Source: Candidatus Nomurabacteria bacterium
Lineage (GTDB): Bacteria > Patescibacteriota > WWE3 > UBA101185 > UBA10185
DNA length: 64,000 nt
Assembly (NCBI GenBank): GCA_020631855.1
Contig: JACKGU010000001.1
Span: 231,601-295,600, forward strand
Direction: 5' to 3'
Shown here: one piece after another, positions 8,576-18,940 of the stretch
Numbering within the stretch: the stretch's first letter is position 1
Layout of the letters: each line of letters opens with the position of its first letter
Notes under the pieces: model-generated
The model's input: only the letters and a program-made list of their open reading frames with translations
Databases searched by the model: none
What the model was told of the DNA's origin: nothing
Program-made: the position numbers and the translations under genes

Positions 8576-10345
8576 ATGTCGAATACAATAACCAACAAAG
8601 GAATAGAAGACGTATTGTTTGAAAGAGGCCTTATTAATGACGATCAACTTTCGGCAATAAAGTTTGAACACGTTAACACAGGAAGAAGTACCTCCCAAAT
8701 AATAAAAGATAGGGCCTATGTAAGTACTCAGGACTTTCTAAAAGCCTTTGGAGAAGTCTACGGCATAGAATTTGTAGATTTATCCGAACTTAAGATAAAC
8801 CCTAATATTCTAGAAATTATTCCTGCAAGTTTACTAAAGAAATATCAGTGTGTGCCTTTTGAGCAAAATGGAGATGTGTTGTCTGTGGCTATGGTTGATC
8901 CGCTCGATTTACAGAACATTGAATTTATGGAAAGAAAATCCGGATTTAAAGTTAAACCGTACATTACTACCCCTGCTGATATAGATAAAGTTCTTGCCGA
9001 CACACAGGGAAAAGCAATTAGTGAAGAAATTAGTGCTGCGCTTGAGGAGTTAAGTCAGAATACTTTAAAGCTTAAGGGCGATTCCGGAGATTTGAATGCC
9101 GATGAAGCAACCATTAGCGATGCACCTATAGCAAGAATCGTAGGCATGATACTTGAAACAGCTGTAAAGATTGGCGCCTCAGATGTTCATATCGAGCCTA
9201 GAGAGACGGACACACGTTTGCGTTATAGAGTTGACGGTGTTTTACAGGAAAAACGAACTTTCCCAAGAGAAATGCACGACTCTATTATTGCTCGTATTAA
9301 AATCCTTGCCAACATGAAAATAGACGAAAAGAGAATTCCTTTGGACGGTAGGTTTAAGGTTGCTGTCGGTAACACAGGGACTGATCTAAGAGTTTCAACT
9401 CTCCCAACTGTATATGGCGAAAAGGTAGTTATCCGATTATTAAAAGAGGAAGGTGCGATTTTTACATTTAAAGATTTAGGTTTGCGCGGACTGTCTTTAC
9501 GAAGGCTCGAGGAAGCTTTGATTAAGCCTGTGGGTATGGTGTTGGTAACAGGTCCTACTGGTTCAGGTAAAACTGTTACATTGGCTTCAGCTCTTGCGAA
9601 GCTAAATTCAGTGCGTGTAAATATTGTGTCGATTGAAGATCCGGTTGAAATTAGAGTTCCCGGAGTATCTCATGTGCAAGTTAATCCTCAGGCTGGTTTG
9701 ACTTTTGCCACCGGGTTAAGAGCTTTTTTGCGCCAAGACCCTAACATAATAATGGTAGGAGAAATTAGAGATGGTGAAACTGCCGAACTGGCAATACATG
9801 CCGCTTTAACAGGCCACCTTGTTTTATCCACGTTACACACAAACTCCTCATCCGGAGCTTTACCAAGGCTTCTTGATATGGGAGTAGAAAGCTTTTTGCT
9901 TGCTTCTACTGTCAACGCAATTTTGGCCCAAAGATTGGTTAGGAAGATTTGTGAAAACTGTAAAGAAGAGTATGAGGCTCCTGCGGAGGTCGAAGAAGAT
10001 ATCAGAAAGATACTAGATGACATAAAAAGTTCAGATATTATTATGCATAAAGATCCAGATATAGCTAAAGCGATTCAGAGTGTAAAGTCAGATAAGATTA
10101 AGTTGTACAAAGGTAAGGGCTGTGATAAGTGCGGGCAGTCTGGTTACAAAGGACGAATAGGTATTTTTGAGGTTTTGGAAAATTCTACCAACATTGCGGC
10201 TCTAACTTTGGAGCATAAGCCCGAATCAATAATTCAAGAAGCTGCTGTGGCAGAGGGCATGCTCACTTTAATGAAAGACGGGTATTTAAGAGTAGTTGAG
10301 GGCATCACGACCCTTGAAGAAGTAATGAGGGTTTCGAAAGGATAG
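8576..10345 (+). CDS. pilB: Type IV pilus assembly ATPase PilB (GspE family) with N-terminal GSPII_E_N-like domain
   Basis: Walker A GPTGSGKT, secretion-ATPase motifs, and C-terminal Cys cluster CxxC...CxxC. 589 aa. Confidence 0.85.
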   Translation: MSNTITNKGIEDVLFERGLINDDQLSAIKFEHVNTGRSTSQIIKDRAYVSTQDFLKAFGEVYGIEFVDLSELKINPNILEIIPASLLKKYQCVPFEQNGDVLSVAMVDPLDLQNIEFMERKSGFKVKPYITTPADIDKVLADTQGKAISEEISAALEELSQNTLKLKGDSGDLNADEATISDAPIARIVGMILETAVKIGASDVHIEPRETDTRLRYRVDGVLQEKRTFPREMHDSIIARIKILANMKIDEKRIPLDGRFKVAVGNTGTDLRVSTLPTVYGEKVVIRLLKEEGAIFTFKDLGLRGLSLRRLEEALIKPVGMVLVTGPTGSGKTVTLASALAKLNSVRVNIVSIEDPVEIRVPGVSHVQVNPQAGLTFATGLRAFLRQDPNIIMVGEIRDGETAELAIHAALTGHLVLSTLHTNSSSGALPRLLDMGVESFLLASTVNAILAQRLVRKICENCKEEYEAPAEVEEDIRKILDDIKSSDIIMHKDPDIAKAIQSVKSDKIKLYKGKGCDKCGQSGYKGRIGIFEVLENSTNIAALTLEHKPESIIQEAAVAEGMLTLMKDGYLRVVEGITTLEEVMRVSKG

Positions 10346-10365
10346 CACATCGGTGCTTAAATAAA

Positions 10366-11439
10366 ATGGCAATAAACGCTTCACAGTTATTGGAAAAAGT
10401 AATAGAGGTTAACGCTTCGGATTTGCATTTGGTTGTCGGAATGCCCCCTTCCATAAGAGTTAATACAGTTCTATCTCGCCTTGATGATTACGGCATATTA
10501 AGTATTGAAGATATTCAATATTTTATTTCAAAAATACTTTCGCAAGATCAGCAAAATCTTTTTGATTTGAATAAAGAGCTAGATCTTTCAGTGGCTTTAA
10601 GCAACAAAGCTAGATTCAGAGTTAATGTTTTTTATCAAAAAGGATACCCTTCTGTAGCTTTAAGACTTATTCCCATGCTCGTTCCGAGCCTAGATTCCCT
10701 AAATTTACCGCCCATTATAAAAAATATAGGCGAATTAAAGCAGGGGTTAGTGTTAGTTGTCGGTCCTACAGGTAACGGCAAATCTACTACAATCGCTTCT
10801 ATGATAGATTACATCAATGAAACTCGTTCTGAGCACATTGTTACCGTTGAAGATCCTATTGAATACATTTTCACCAGCAAAAAATCTTTAATAGAGCAAA
10901 GAGAAATGTATTTAGATACTCATTCTTGGGAAGCGGCGCTAAAATCTGTTTTAAGACAAGACCCGAACGTTGTTTTTATTGGAGAGATGCGGGATAAAGA
11001 AACAATGGAGTCTGTTTTGAATATTGCTGAGACTGGTCATTTAGTTTTTGCAACTTTACATACAAACTCAGCTGCGCAAAGCTTGGATAGAGTTATTAGC
11101 TCGTTTCCCGAAACTCAGCAACTGCAGGTAAGGCTCCAACTATCTCAGGTCATCGAAGCGGTAATTTCTCAAAGGCTACTCCCCTCCCCTAATAAGGGCA
11201 CAGTTCCGGCCGTTGAGTTGTTGCTTGCCACTGATGCAGTTAGAAGTCTTATTAGAGAGGGCAAGGCTTATCAAATTGATAATGTTATAAGCACCGGTGC
11301 GACGTATGGAATGATGACTTTAGATGCAAGCTTGGCCTTGCTGGTTTCACAAAACTATGTAGATCTTGAAGAGGCCATGAAAAGGTCGCTAAATCCTGAA
11401 AATTTGAGAAGAATGTTAAAGATGGGAGGTTCTAAGTAA
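10366..11439 (+). CDS. pilT: Type IV pilus retraction ATPase PilT
   Basis: GPTGNGKSTT Walker A, PilT-family length (357 aa), ASDLHL N-terminal motif. Confidence 0.85.
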   Translation: MAINASQLLEKVIEVNASDLHLVVGMPPSIRVNTVLSRLDDYGILSIEDIQYFISKILSQDQQNLFDLNKELDLSVALSNKARFRVNVFYQKGYPSVALRLIPMLVPSLDSLNLPPIIKNIGELKQGLVLVVGPTGNGKSTTIASMIDYINETRSEHIVTVEDPIEYIFTSKKSLIEQREMYLDTHSWEAALKSVLRQDPNVVFIGEMRDKETMESVLNIAETGHLVFATLHTNSAAQSLDRVISSFPETQQLQVRLQLSQVIEAVISQRLLPSPNKGTVPAVELLLATDAVRSLIREGKAYQIDNVISTGATYGMMTLDASLALLVSQNYVDLEEAMKRSLNPENLRRMLKMGGSK

Positions 11440-12642
11440 ATGGCTCTTTACGAATATACGGGTGTAGACAACCTTGGGACAAGAAGATCCGGGAAAGTAG
11501 ACGCAAGATCTGTTGATACGGCTATTGCTCTGTTAAAAAACCAAAATATTCATGTTTTAAATATTGCCGAGAGCAAAGGAACTCTAATTAGCAATATCGG
11601 AGATCTACGAGGAGTTCCGTTTTCAGAGGTAGTTTCTTTTACAAGGCAGATGTCCACAATGATCGGGGCCGGTCTTCCAATCGCAAAAACTTTGGATGTG
11701 CTATCGCAGCAAACTACAAACACCAGGTTTAGAGTTATTTTAGGAGATATTTTACGTGATGTGGAGGGAGGAACTTCTATAGCAGCTTCGTTTAGTAAGT
11801 ATCCGGATGTCTTTTCCAAAACATATCAATCTTTAGTGCGTGCGGGAGAAGCTTCGGGAAAGTTGGATCAAATATTATTGCGTCTGGCCGATACTATGGA
11901 ATCTCAGCGAGAATTAAGAGCGAAATTTAAAACCGCAATGATATATCCGGTTTTGGTAATGGTTGCCATGGTTGGTGTCTTTTTTATGCTAATGGTAGTT
12001 GTTGTTCCGAAACTAGCCGATATGTACGAAAGCCTAGATGCGGAATTGCCAATTATTACTCAACTTATGATTAATCTTTCGGATTTCATGGTCAACAATT
12101 TAATAGTCATAATTCTTGGAATGTTCGGCGGATTATATCTAATTAGATCTTTTTCAAAGACTCCCGGAGGAAGAGAATTTTTTATCAAACTAACCTATGT
12201 CCTGCCCGTTTTTGGCGCAGTTAACAAAAAGAGGGATCTAACAGAATTTTGTCGAACCCTCGGTTTGCTTCTTACTTCTGCTGTTCCTATTGTTGAGGCT
12301 CTCGAGATTGTACACGACGTAGTCTCTTATTATCACTATAAAAATGGGGCTAAGTCCGCGGCCCAGACAATTGAAAAAGGAGGAACTCTCTCGGGGTACT
12401 TAAAAAGCGATTCCAGCTTTCCCCCGATAATAGGAAATATGGCTGCTACAGGTGAGGAAACGGGTAAGCTCGATGAGGTTTTAGATAGACTTGCTGAATT
12501 TTTCAACAGAGAAACGCAGCATGCTGTAGAAGGTCTGTCTGCAGCTCTTGAGCCGTTGATTTTAATAATGTTGGGAGGTATGGTAGCTGTTCTAATCATT
12601 TCGATAATTACTCCTATTTACAAAATTACAACCTCTATCTAG
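11440..12642 (+). CDS. pilC: Type IV pilus platform protein PilC (GspF family)
   Basis: Two GspF repeats and three TM segments. It immediately follows pilT (the stop and start are adjacent). Confidence 0.85.
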   Translation: MALYEYTGVDNLGTRRSGKVDARSVDTAIALLKNQNIHVLNIAESKGTLISNIGDLRGVPFSEVVSFTRQMSTMIGAGLPIAKTLDVLSQQTTNTRFRVILGDILRDVEGGTSIAASFSKYPDVFSKTYQSLVRAGEASGKLDQILLRLADTMESQRELRAKFKTAMIYPVLVMVAMVGVFFMLMVVVVPKLADMYESLDAELPIITQLMINLSDFMVNNLIVIILGMFGGLYLIRSFSKTPGGREFFIKLTYVLPVFGAVNKKRDLTEFCRTLGLLLTSAVPIVEALEIVHDVVSYYHYKNGAKSAAQTIEKGGTLSGYLKSDSSFPPIIGNMAATGEETGKLDEVLDRLAEFFNRETQHAVEGLSAALEPLILIMLGGMVAVLIISIITPIYKITTSI

Positions 12643-12713
12643 GTTATTTGAGGATGTTTTTGTAGGGCAGTTTAGCTTTGTAATTAAATAGAAAATTGAA
12701 AGGGGGTGAAGAA

Positions 12714-13232
12714 ATGACAAAACTAAACAAAAGAAACGAAAAAGGTTTTACATTAGTTGAACTTTTAATCGTTATAGCAATTATTGGTGTACTTGCAGGT
12801 GCAATATTAATAGTTATTAACCCTGCACAGTTATTGGCTAAGTCCAGAGATTCACAAAGACTACAGGATTTAGACTCTCTAAATAAGGCAATAACATTAG
12901 CTATTGCAGAGCAAGAGATAACAATAACTACCACCACAGGTAACTCCGGAACAGGAACTAGGTCTGTAACAGGAGGAGGATGGGTCGGCTTTACACTTTT
13001 CACAGGTAAGACCGCCGGTTTAGGAAAGTATATTCCAACACTTCCTGTTGATCCTACAAACACAGGAAACTACGTGTATTCATACGCGGCAGATGCAACT
13101 TCCGGATCTTATGAATTGAACGCTGTTTTAGAGTCAACAGATAACCAGGCAAAAATGGGAACTGACGGAGGCTCCAGCGCAACTAAGTGGGAAGTAGGTA
13201 CGAACTTGGAACTCATTGATCCGACCCCGTAG
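12714..13232 (+). CDS. pilA: Type IV major pilin (prepilin)
   Basis: MTKLNKRNEKG|FTLVELLIVIAIIGVLA is a class III signal peptide with Gly-1/Phe+1 and Glu+5. A strong SD (AAGGGGG) sits 7 nt upstream of ATG 12714. The track start 12696 is a TTG. Confidence 0.85.
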   Translation: MTKLNKRNEKGFTLVELLIVIAIIGVLAGAILIVINPAQLLAKSRDSQRLQDLDSLNKAITLAIAEQEITITTTTGNSGTGTRSVTGGGWVGFTLFTGKTAGLGKYIPTLPVDPTNTGNYVYSYAADATSGSYELNAVLESTDNQAKMGTDGGSSATKWEVGTNLELIDPTP

Positions 13233-13351
13233 TAATTGTGTGCGCTTCGTGATCGCGCATACTTTTTATGGTCTTTAACTGAGTTAACTAAGTTAAATAT
13301 TTTCTTTAGACTTATGTCTATGTCTGAGGAAAAGGTTAAGTATGCATCTGA

Positions 13352-13378
13352 GGTGCGGAGCCCAAAGGGCTCCGCACC
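13352..13378 (+). terminator. Perfect 12-bp GC-rich hairpin (GGTGCGGAGCCC-AAA-GGGCTCCGCACC) directly after the major pilin gene. It is followed by A8, not T. Possible U-tract-less terminator or mRNA stabiliser.
   Basis: Palindrome read directly from the sequence. Its position after a highly expressed pilin gene is typical for partial terminators. Confidence 0.4.
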
Positions 13379-13504
13379 ATCAAAAAAAATACTGCAATCC
13401 CCTCCTCTCTTTACGGCAAGTATTCTGTAAAACTCTTCACCTTTAAAGAATTTTTGTTATACTAATTTAAGTTAATATTTATTTAAACTGCCTAGCGTAA
13501 TGAA

Positions 13505-14428
13505 TTGGAGAAAATTATGGATTATATAACAGTTTTACTTTATGCAATGCTCTTTATATCAGGAGCTTTTTTGGGATCTTTTATTAATGTAGTGGCCGAT
13601 CGTGCCAGCAAAGGTCAGAGCTTTTTATTTGGCCGCTCTAAGTGCGAGACCTGTAACAAGGTTTTGTCGCCAAGAGATTTGATTCCGGTGCTGTCCTATT
13701 TACTAGCAAAAGGAAAATGCAGGCACTGTAAAGAGAAACTATCTTTGTGGTATCCGATATCCGAAATTGTTACCGGAGCTCTTTTTGCAGGTTTGGCTTA
13801 TTATCTGAATCTTTTTGTTAATGTTTCATACGCTTATGTTTGGGTGTTTTACGTATATTTTGCAATAGTCGGCATGTCCTACATTGCCTTGTTTTTAGCA
13901 GATATCAAATATATGCTTTTGCCGACAAAAATAGTTGTTCCAACAATAGCTTTTGTATTGCTGTTTTTAGCCGGTAATGTGGGCTTTACAATTATATCCT
14001 CATATAAAGCTTTGCAGGCAGATGATTTCGGTAAGTATTTAATAGAGTCGGGGTACTGGCAGACACAGATTTTGCTCATGCTAAGGTCTGTAGCCTATTC
14101 AGTAGGCAGCGCGGCGGCAATTGCTTTATTCTTTTGGATTTTAACCAAAATTAAGCAGGGTCAAGCTATGGGTAAGGGGGATATAAAACTGGCTTTTCTT
14201 ATTGGTCTGGTAAACGGATTTCCTTTTAATGTTCTCGCAATTTTCCTAGGATTCTTAATGGGCGCACTTTACAGCGTAGGTTTATTGGCATTAAAAAAGA
14301 AAACCTTACAAAGCACAATTCCTTTTGGACCATTTCTTATCGTAGGCAGTGTAGTGTCCATCGTTTACGGAGCACAATTACTAAATTGGTTCTTTTCTCT
14401 ATCTAACTTAGTTCCCGCTGCAATGTAG
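13505..14428 (+). CDS. pilD: Prepilin peptidase / N-methyltransferase PilD (A24 family)
   Basis: N-terminal CxxC...CxxC zinc motif (CETCNK...CRHCKE), multiple TM segments, GKGDIKLAF catalytic-Asp region. Confidence 0.85.
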   Translation: MEKIMDYITVLLYAMLFISGAFLGSFINVVADRASKGQSFLFGRSKCETCNKVLSPRDLIPVLSYLLAKGKCRHCKEKLSLWYPISEIVTGALFAGLAYYLNLFVNVSYAYVWVFYVYFAIVGMSYIALFLADIKYMLLPTKIVVPTIAFVLLFLAGNVGFTIISSYKALQADDFGKYLIESGYWQTQILLMLRSVAYSVGSAAAIALFFWILTKIKQGQAMGKGDIKLAFLIGLVNGFPFNVLAIFLGFLMGALYSVGLLALKKKTLQSTIPFGPFLIVGSVVSIVYGAQLLNWFFSLSNLVPAAM

Positions 14429-14469
14429 TTTTGTAGGAAAATTCTTATTTGGTTTGATTTAATTTGTGA

Positions 14470-14498
14470 GGGGCCCGCATCTAAAGATGCGGGCCCCC
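14470..14498 (+). terminator. Perfect 12-bp GC-rich hairpin (GGGGCCCGCATC-TAAAG-GATGCGGGCCCC) after pilD, with no U-tract
   Basis: Palindrome read from the sequence. It has the same architecture as the hairpin after pilA. Confidence 0.4.
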
Positions 14499-14604
14499 AC
14501 CCTTTCGCCCATCCCCTTCTCTACGTTACTCTCATTCTTTGAAATTTTCTTTTCAAGACAACTGCTTTGTTGACTACCATCTGTCTTTTGTATAACATTT
14601 GTAT

Positions 14605-15171
14605 ATGCGACCCATACTGTCTACTGTAAAAAATCGTTTAGCCACATTTTCGTCTGCAAAAAAGACCACAAAAATTCTTTTAATACTTCTAGCGGGCACA
14701 TTTTTAATATTTGGATTTTTATTATTAAGTTCCATGGTTTGCTCTAAAAATAGCTCCTTATTTTGCTCCCGGCTTGCAGTATTATCAAATAATTCGGCTG
14801 ACCAAAAAACAGGGCAAGAACCGAACAACAGTATCTTTTCAAGCCCGGGAATCATTGAAACAGAAACGGGTATTTGGGATGGGCCTAAGTTTATTAGTAG
14901 CGGGGTGACGGGCTCTGAAAGTATTATATATAATGGAAATCTGGCGGCAGCCGATCTATCGAAACCTTCCATGACGCTGACAAAGAATAATGTTTCTACA
15001 GAAATAATTATTGATACAAACACCTTGAATCTTTATTACGCACCACATTCGGACTCGGCAAATCATGAAAACTACCCTATTTCTTCCCTCGAAGATCTCT
15101 TCTTAAAATTGAAAGACGGTGATTTTGTATCATATTTTCCTGGAAAGTTTATAATTGTTCTGTACTATTAA
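14605..15171 (+). CDS. Hypothetical membrane-anchored protein (one N-terminal TM segment)
   Basis: ORF with hydrophobic segment ILLILLAGTFLIFGFLLLSSMV. The first ATG is at 14605 (the track start 14599 is a TTG). Confidence 0.45.
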   Translation: MRPILSTVKNRLATFSSAKKTTKILLILLAGTFLIFGFLLLSSMVCSKNSSLFCSRLAVLSNNSADQKTGQEPNNSIFSSPGIIETETGIWDGPKFISSGVTGSESIIYNGNLAAADLSKPSMTLTKNNVSTEIIIDTNTLNLYYAPHSDSANHENYPISSLEDLFLKLKDGDFVSYFPGKFIIVLYY

Positions 15172-15190
15172 GGCTGCAGGTATTAACAAA

Positions 15191-18100
15191 ATGTACTTAA
15201 TTAAAAACATATTTTTACGATTAAAAATAAAAAGCTTTATTACAGTTGCAAATCCTTTAGCAGCCGGTGCTTTATTTTTAGCAACACTAATTTTTAGTGC
15301 TTCGAGCTTTAGTATTTTTGCACAGGCATGCGCTCCTGATAGTGGGGAACATCACACCTATGATGAATACTTTGTCAACCCGAGGTGTGGTCTTTGGGAT
15401 TTTCCTTGTATAGGCAGTCAATGCGTCGTTAATGAAGGCTACGGTAATCAATGCAACGCCGGTATAGCCAACAATTGTTTGGCGAAAACCAATCAACTGT
15501 CTGAGGGCGAATGTACTGCCATTGGTTATGCTTTTCCTTGTTACTATACCAATATTTGGCCACAACCGCCGTGCTCCACATGTGGGAGCACCGCGGCTGC
15601 AGCGAACCCTCTTTGTGGATCAGATGAATATACCCCATCTGTGTGCACTGTTGCCCCCGATGCTGCCTGCCCTACTAGCACCGTCCCAATACCTGATACA
15701 GACACGCCGGTTACCATTGAAGTTAGAGGTGTTAAGAATGTTCCACGTGACGAGGGCCATGTCTATGGGTTGATGTGGTTTAATAGCGAGAATTCTAGTA
15801 ATGCAGTACGTGTTGACCTTGAAAGGCAAAATGATGCTCTTGGAAATTATACTGGAATTTATAGGAAAACTTTTACACCTTGTGCTACTTACGGCAAGTG
15901 CTATTCTGGGACCGCCAATGAGATGTTGTGGTTCGATGTCTGGATGTCTAATGATAACATAGGTTCGGACACATTTTATTGCGATGACGCAAACTTCTGG
16001 ACCACCCCTCCTACAGCGTCTGAGGATCCTCCATACGCAAGCTTAGCTATTGAGAATCTAACAAGGTCACTTTATTATTCTACGGCTGATGCCGTTTTCA
16101 TAAATGACAATGAAAGAGTTAGAGTTATCGGACAAGGTTTTTCTAATCCAAGTTCTCCTGACATAAATCAAATGAATTTAAGATCGTGCAGTTCTTCTCA
16201 AACTTGCCTCGATGCGAACTCGTCGACAACTGTTGCAACTAGTTCTACCGGTATAGTAGAGACCGAGCTCTCATTCAGTGCCGGAGCGGTTATTAGATAT
16301 TTGGTTAACGCTAGGAATACTACTGCGGCAGGAGCTAATCAGTGGTGCGTTGGATATACTGATCCGGGCTCGTTCGTAAAGTGCGTAAGAAATAATCTAC
16401 CCAACCCTTCCTATAAAGATCTTATAACTTTAAGAATTAATAACTCTCCGCACGCATCGCTTTCAGCTACAGATACAGATACTGGAACTAACTACACAAA
16501 TTCTAGTTTTACAATTTCTCAAGGTACAACACTAAGCTTTACGGCTAACGCTAGCGATACCTATGCAGGCGGAAATCCGGGTATTGTAACCGGAATTTAT
16601 CTAAAAAAATGCAATGACGCCAATAATTGCTCCGGTCTGACCCAAGTCTCTGAGGTTGCAAGTTGCACTAGCGACTCGGGAGTCTCAACTTGTTCTACAC
16701 AGCCTTCGCAATACATAACCTTTAATACTCCCGGAACTTACAAATTTTTAGTAAATGCTGCAGATAATGCTGACCCGAAGGCCTGGTGCTACAGTTACCC
16801 AAATTATAACTATTCGGCCCTTGATGCATATAAGCCTTGTAAAAGAGGCTCAGACACTTTGCCGAATGTGTTAACAATCACCGTGACTGCCGTTAATCAA
16901 GCACCTACAGGTTCCATCGAAACTATAAACTGTTCCTTAGGAGGAAGAGTCTGTGATACTGATGGGGATCGTAATATTATCGTAGTCCCAGGTAACATAA
17001 TTTCTTTTCAGGCTGTTGGTCAGGATGATGGTGGAATCAACTACACAAGAATTGCTTATTGCGAGACTGCCAATTGTGCAAGCCCTACAACGCTGACTAG
17101 CGCTTCTGGGGCTGTCGCATTCTACAATCGCACTTTCTTTCCGGCAGATATAGGGAAGAGCTACTACTTCTTTGTAACGGCAGATGACAATGGGTCTCCC
17201 ACACTTAGTTGTTCAGGAAATCCTTCAGCCTCAACTTATTGCGATAGGCCTTCTAACACAATAGACAAATACACTGTTACTGTGAGCGCAGCTCCAAACG
17301 CATTGCCTGAAGGAACTATTCAATTAGGTACTTCGGCACCCGGTACGATCCAGACTCTAAATCTTGGAGATTCAGGTACTATCGTAGCTAATGTAACTGA
17401 CAGCGATGGCTACATTAACTCTAGCCAAATCATTTACTGCCCTAGCGGCTTTAATAATTGCAGCCCAGCTGACGGTAGTGGTCTGATACTTTCAACTTGC
17501 GGCGTGAACGTTTCACAATGTTCCATTGGATACACTTTTAATACTGTTGGGCCTGCCTATTTTGTTGTCAGAGCTACCGATGATGACTCCGGTGTGTGTT
17601 CGGGGCAGTCTGCCGCCGCAGCTTCCAGATGCGATAGGTCCCTTCCTCTCGACGAAGATAGGTTGACAGTAAATGTCGTTAACAATACCGGTACCACCGA
17701 AAGCTTAACGGGTATTACCTATAACGTTAGTGATGTGGCGGCATGTAGTAATATTACGACCTCGCCAAGGCTCACTTCGGGTGCTGTACAGGAGAGTCTT
17801 TCGGTCACCTATATTAACCACGCAGGTACTTCATATAACGGGAACTGGACAGATGCCAACGGAAACTTTGAAATCAGCAATATACCTATTCCGGAAAACG
17901 GAGATTTGTGTGCGACCGGTAGTTTTACCGACAGTGTCGATTCAAGGTACAGGTACGACTTAGTTTGTTACTCAGATGGAACAACCGTGCAGACACTTAA
18001 CACAAGCTCGACCTGTGCCAGCAATATTACACTCCCAGGCTCTGGAAGCAACAATTATTTCGGTTATGTGAAAGTAGACACTTACCAAGAAGCTTGGTAT

Positions 18101-18940
18101 AGAGTTATTGGAGGTATAGTTGTAAGTTTAGGTGATATAGCTAATACAATAACCAATCCTTATGATTCCGCCCTTGCTTTCTTGGCAACTAGACTAAGCC
18201 TTACTAACGTAAATGTCTCAGCTTTTAGCCGCGGTGCTTTTGATGTGACGAATGGCAAAATAGCACAGCCAGATGCTAATGAAGCTTCTAGCCAAAGATA
18301 TTTCAGCAACATGCCGCCTGAGTTAACTTTTTGGGATACATCTTTTAATTTTGATCCCCCTGCTGGCACCCTAGATTCTCCCCTGCCTTCGGGAAATATT
18401 TGGGGACTTACTAAAGACGTATATAAAATTTCTGCGGCCTCATTAAATGGTATTTTGTCTAGTTCTACTGATGTACTGACATATAATGTTGATTCTAAGA
18501 ATTTAGCAATAATATATGTAATTGCAGACAGCCCAACAGATGTGCTCGTAAAGCGAAGACTGAACACAGGAACAGGGAAACTAATGTTTATAGGAAGTGA
18601 GAATGTTAACTTTGTTTTTGACAGTTCGGTTGGAGTTGGGTGCAATACCAATACGGTTAACAGCATATTTAGAGCAGCCATTATTACTCAGGGTAGCGTG
18701 TATTTTAATACTTCTGGAACCAACAACGACAGCTGTATAGTTGTAGATGGACCTCTCATTGCGGGTGTACCTAATGACAATACTACCGGGAGAATATATT
18801 TATTTAGAAACATGAGTGCGGCCCCAACCGGTAATAGAATTCCTACCGAACAGGTTAGATATAATCCGCAGTATATATACTTGACCGACGAGACTACCGG
18901 TATTATGGTCACGGACGTTATTTGGGAGGAGCTCGAATGA
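15191..18940 (+). CDS. Giant (about 1250 aa) secreted Cys/Ser/Thr/Asn-rich protein; candidate pilus-associated adhesin
   Basis: N-terminal hydrophobic signal-anchor (PLAAGALFLATLIFSASSFSIFAQA), more than 60 Cys, a long uninterrupted ORF, and a stop TGA that overlaps the ATG of the downstream PilX-like gene (ATGA). Confidence 0.6.
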   Translation: MYLIKNIFLRLKIKSFITVANPLAAGALFLATLIFSASSFSIFAQACAPDSGEHHTYDEYFVNPRCGLWDFPCIGSQCVVNEGYGNQCNAGIANNCLAKTNQLSEGECTAIGYAFPCYYTNIWPQPPCSTCGSTAAAANPLCGSDEYTPSVCTVAPDAACPTSTVPIPDTDTPVTIEVRGVKNVPRDEGHVYGLMWFNSENSSNAVRVDLERQNDALGNYTGIYRKTFTPCATYGKCYSGTANEMLWFDVWMSNDNIGSDTFYCDDANFWTTPPTASEDPPYASLAIENLTRSLYYSTADAVFINDNERVRVIGQGFSNPSSPDINQMNLRSCSSSQTCLDANSSTTVATSSTGIVETELSFSAGAVIRYLVNARNTTAAGANQWCVGYTDPGSFVKCVRNNLPNPSYKDLITLRINNSPHASLSATDTDTGTNYTNSSFTISQGTTLSFTANASDTYAGGNPGIVTGIYLKKCNDANNCSGLTQVSEVASCTSDSGVSTCSTQPSQYITFNTPGTYKFLVNAADNADPKAWCYSYPNYNYSALDAYKPCKRGSDTLPNVLTITVTAVNQAPTGSIETINCSLGGRVCDTDGDRNIIVVPGNIISFQAVGQDDGGINYTRIAYCETANCASPTTLTSASGAVAFYNRTFFPADIGKSYYFFVTADDNGSPTLSCSGNPSASTYCDRPSNTIDKYTVTVSAAPNALPEGTIQLGTSAPGTIQTLNLGDSGTIVANVTDSDGYINSSQIIYCPSGFNNCSPADGSGLILSTCGVNVSQCSIGYTFNTVGPAYFVVRATDDDSGVCSGQSAAAASRCDRSLPLDEDRLTVNVVNNTGTTESLTGITYNVSDVAACSNITTSPRLTSGAVQESLSVTYINHAGTSYNGNWTDANGNFEISNIPIPENGDLCATGSFTDSVDSRYRYDLVCYSDGTTVQTLNTSSTCASNITLPGSGSNNYFGYVKVDTYQEAWYRVIGGIVVSLGDIANTITNPYDSALAFLATRLSLTNVNVSAFSRGAFDVTNGKIAQPDANEASSQRYFSNMPPELTFWDTSFNFDPPAGTLDSPLPSGNIWGLTKDVYKISAASLNGILSSSTDVLTYNVDSKNLAIIYVIADSPTDVLVKRRLNTGTGKLMFIGSENVNFVFDSSVGVGCNTNTVNSIFRAAIITQGSVYFNTSGTNNDSCIVVDGPLIAGVPNDNTTGRIYLFRNMSAAPTGNRIPTEQVRYNPQYIYLTDETTGIMVTDVIWEELE

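Noticed and set aside
13236-13430. Track ORF of 64 aa between pilA and pilD
   Set aside because: It spans the GC hairpin and A-tract, has no RBS or homology, and is almost certainly non-coding 3' UTR.
18160-18912. Minus-strand ORFs (173 and 74 aa) inside the giant pilus-associated gene; similarly 9688-10023, 11550-11819, 12336-12599 and 12644-13063 antisense to pil genes
   Set aside because: They lie antisense within well-supported coding regions with no independent support.
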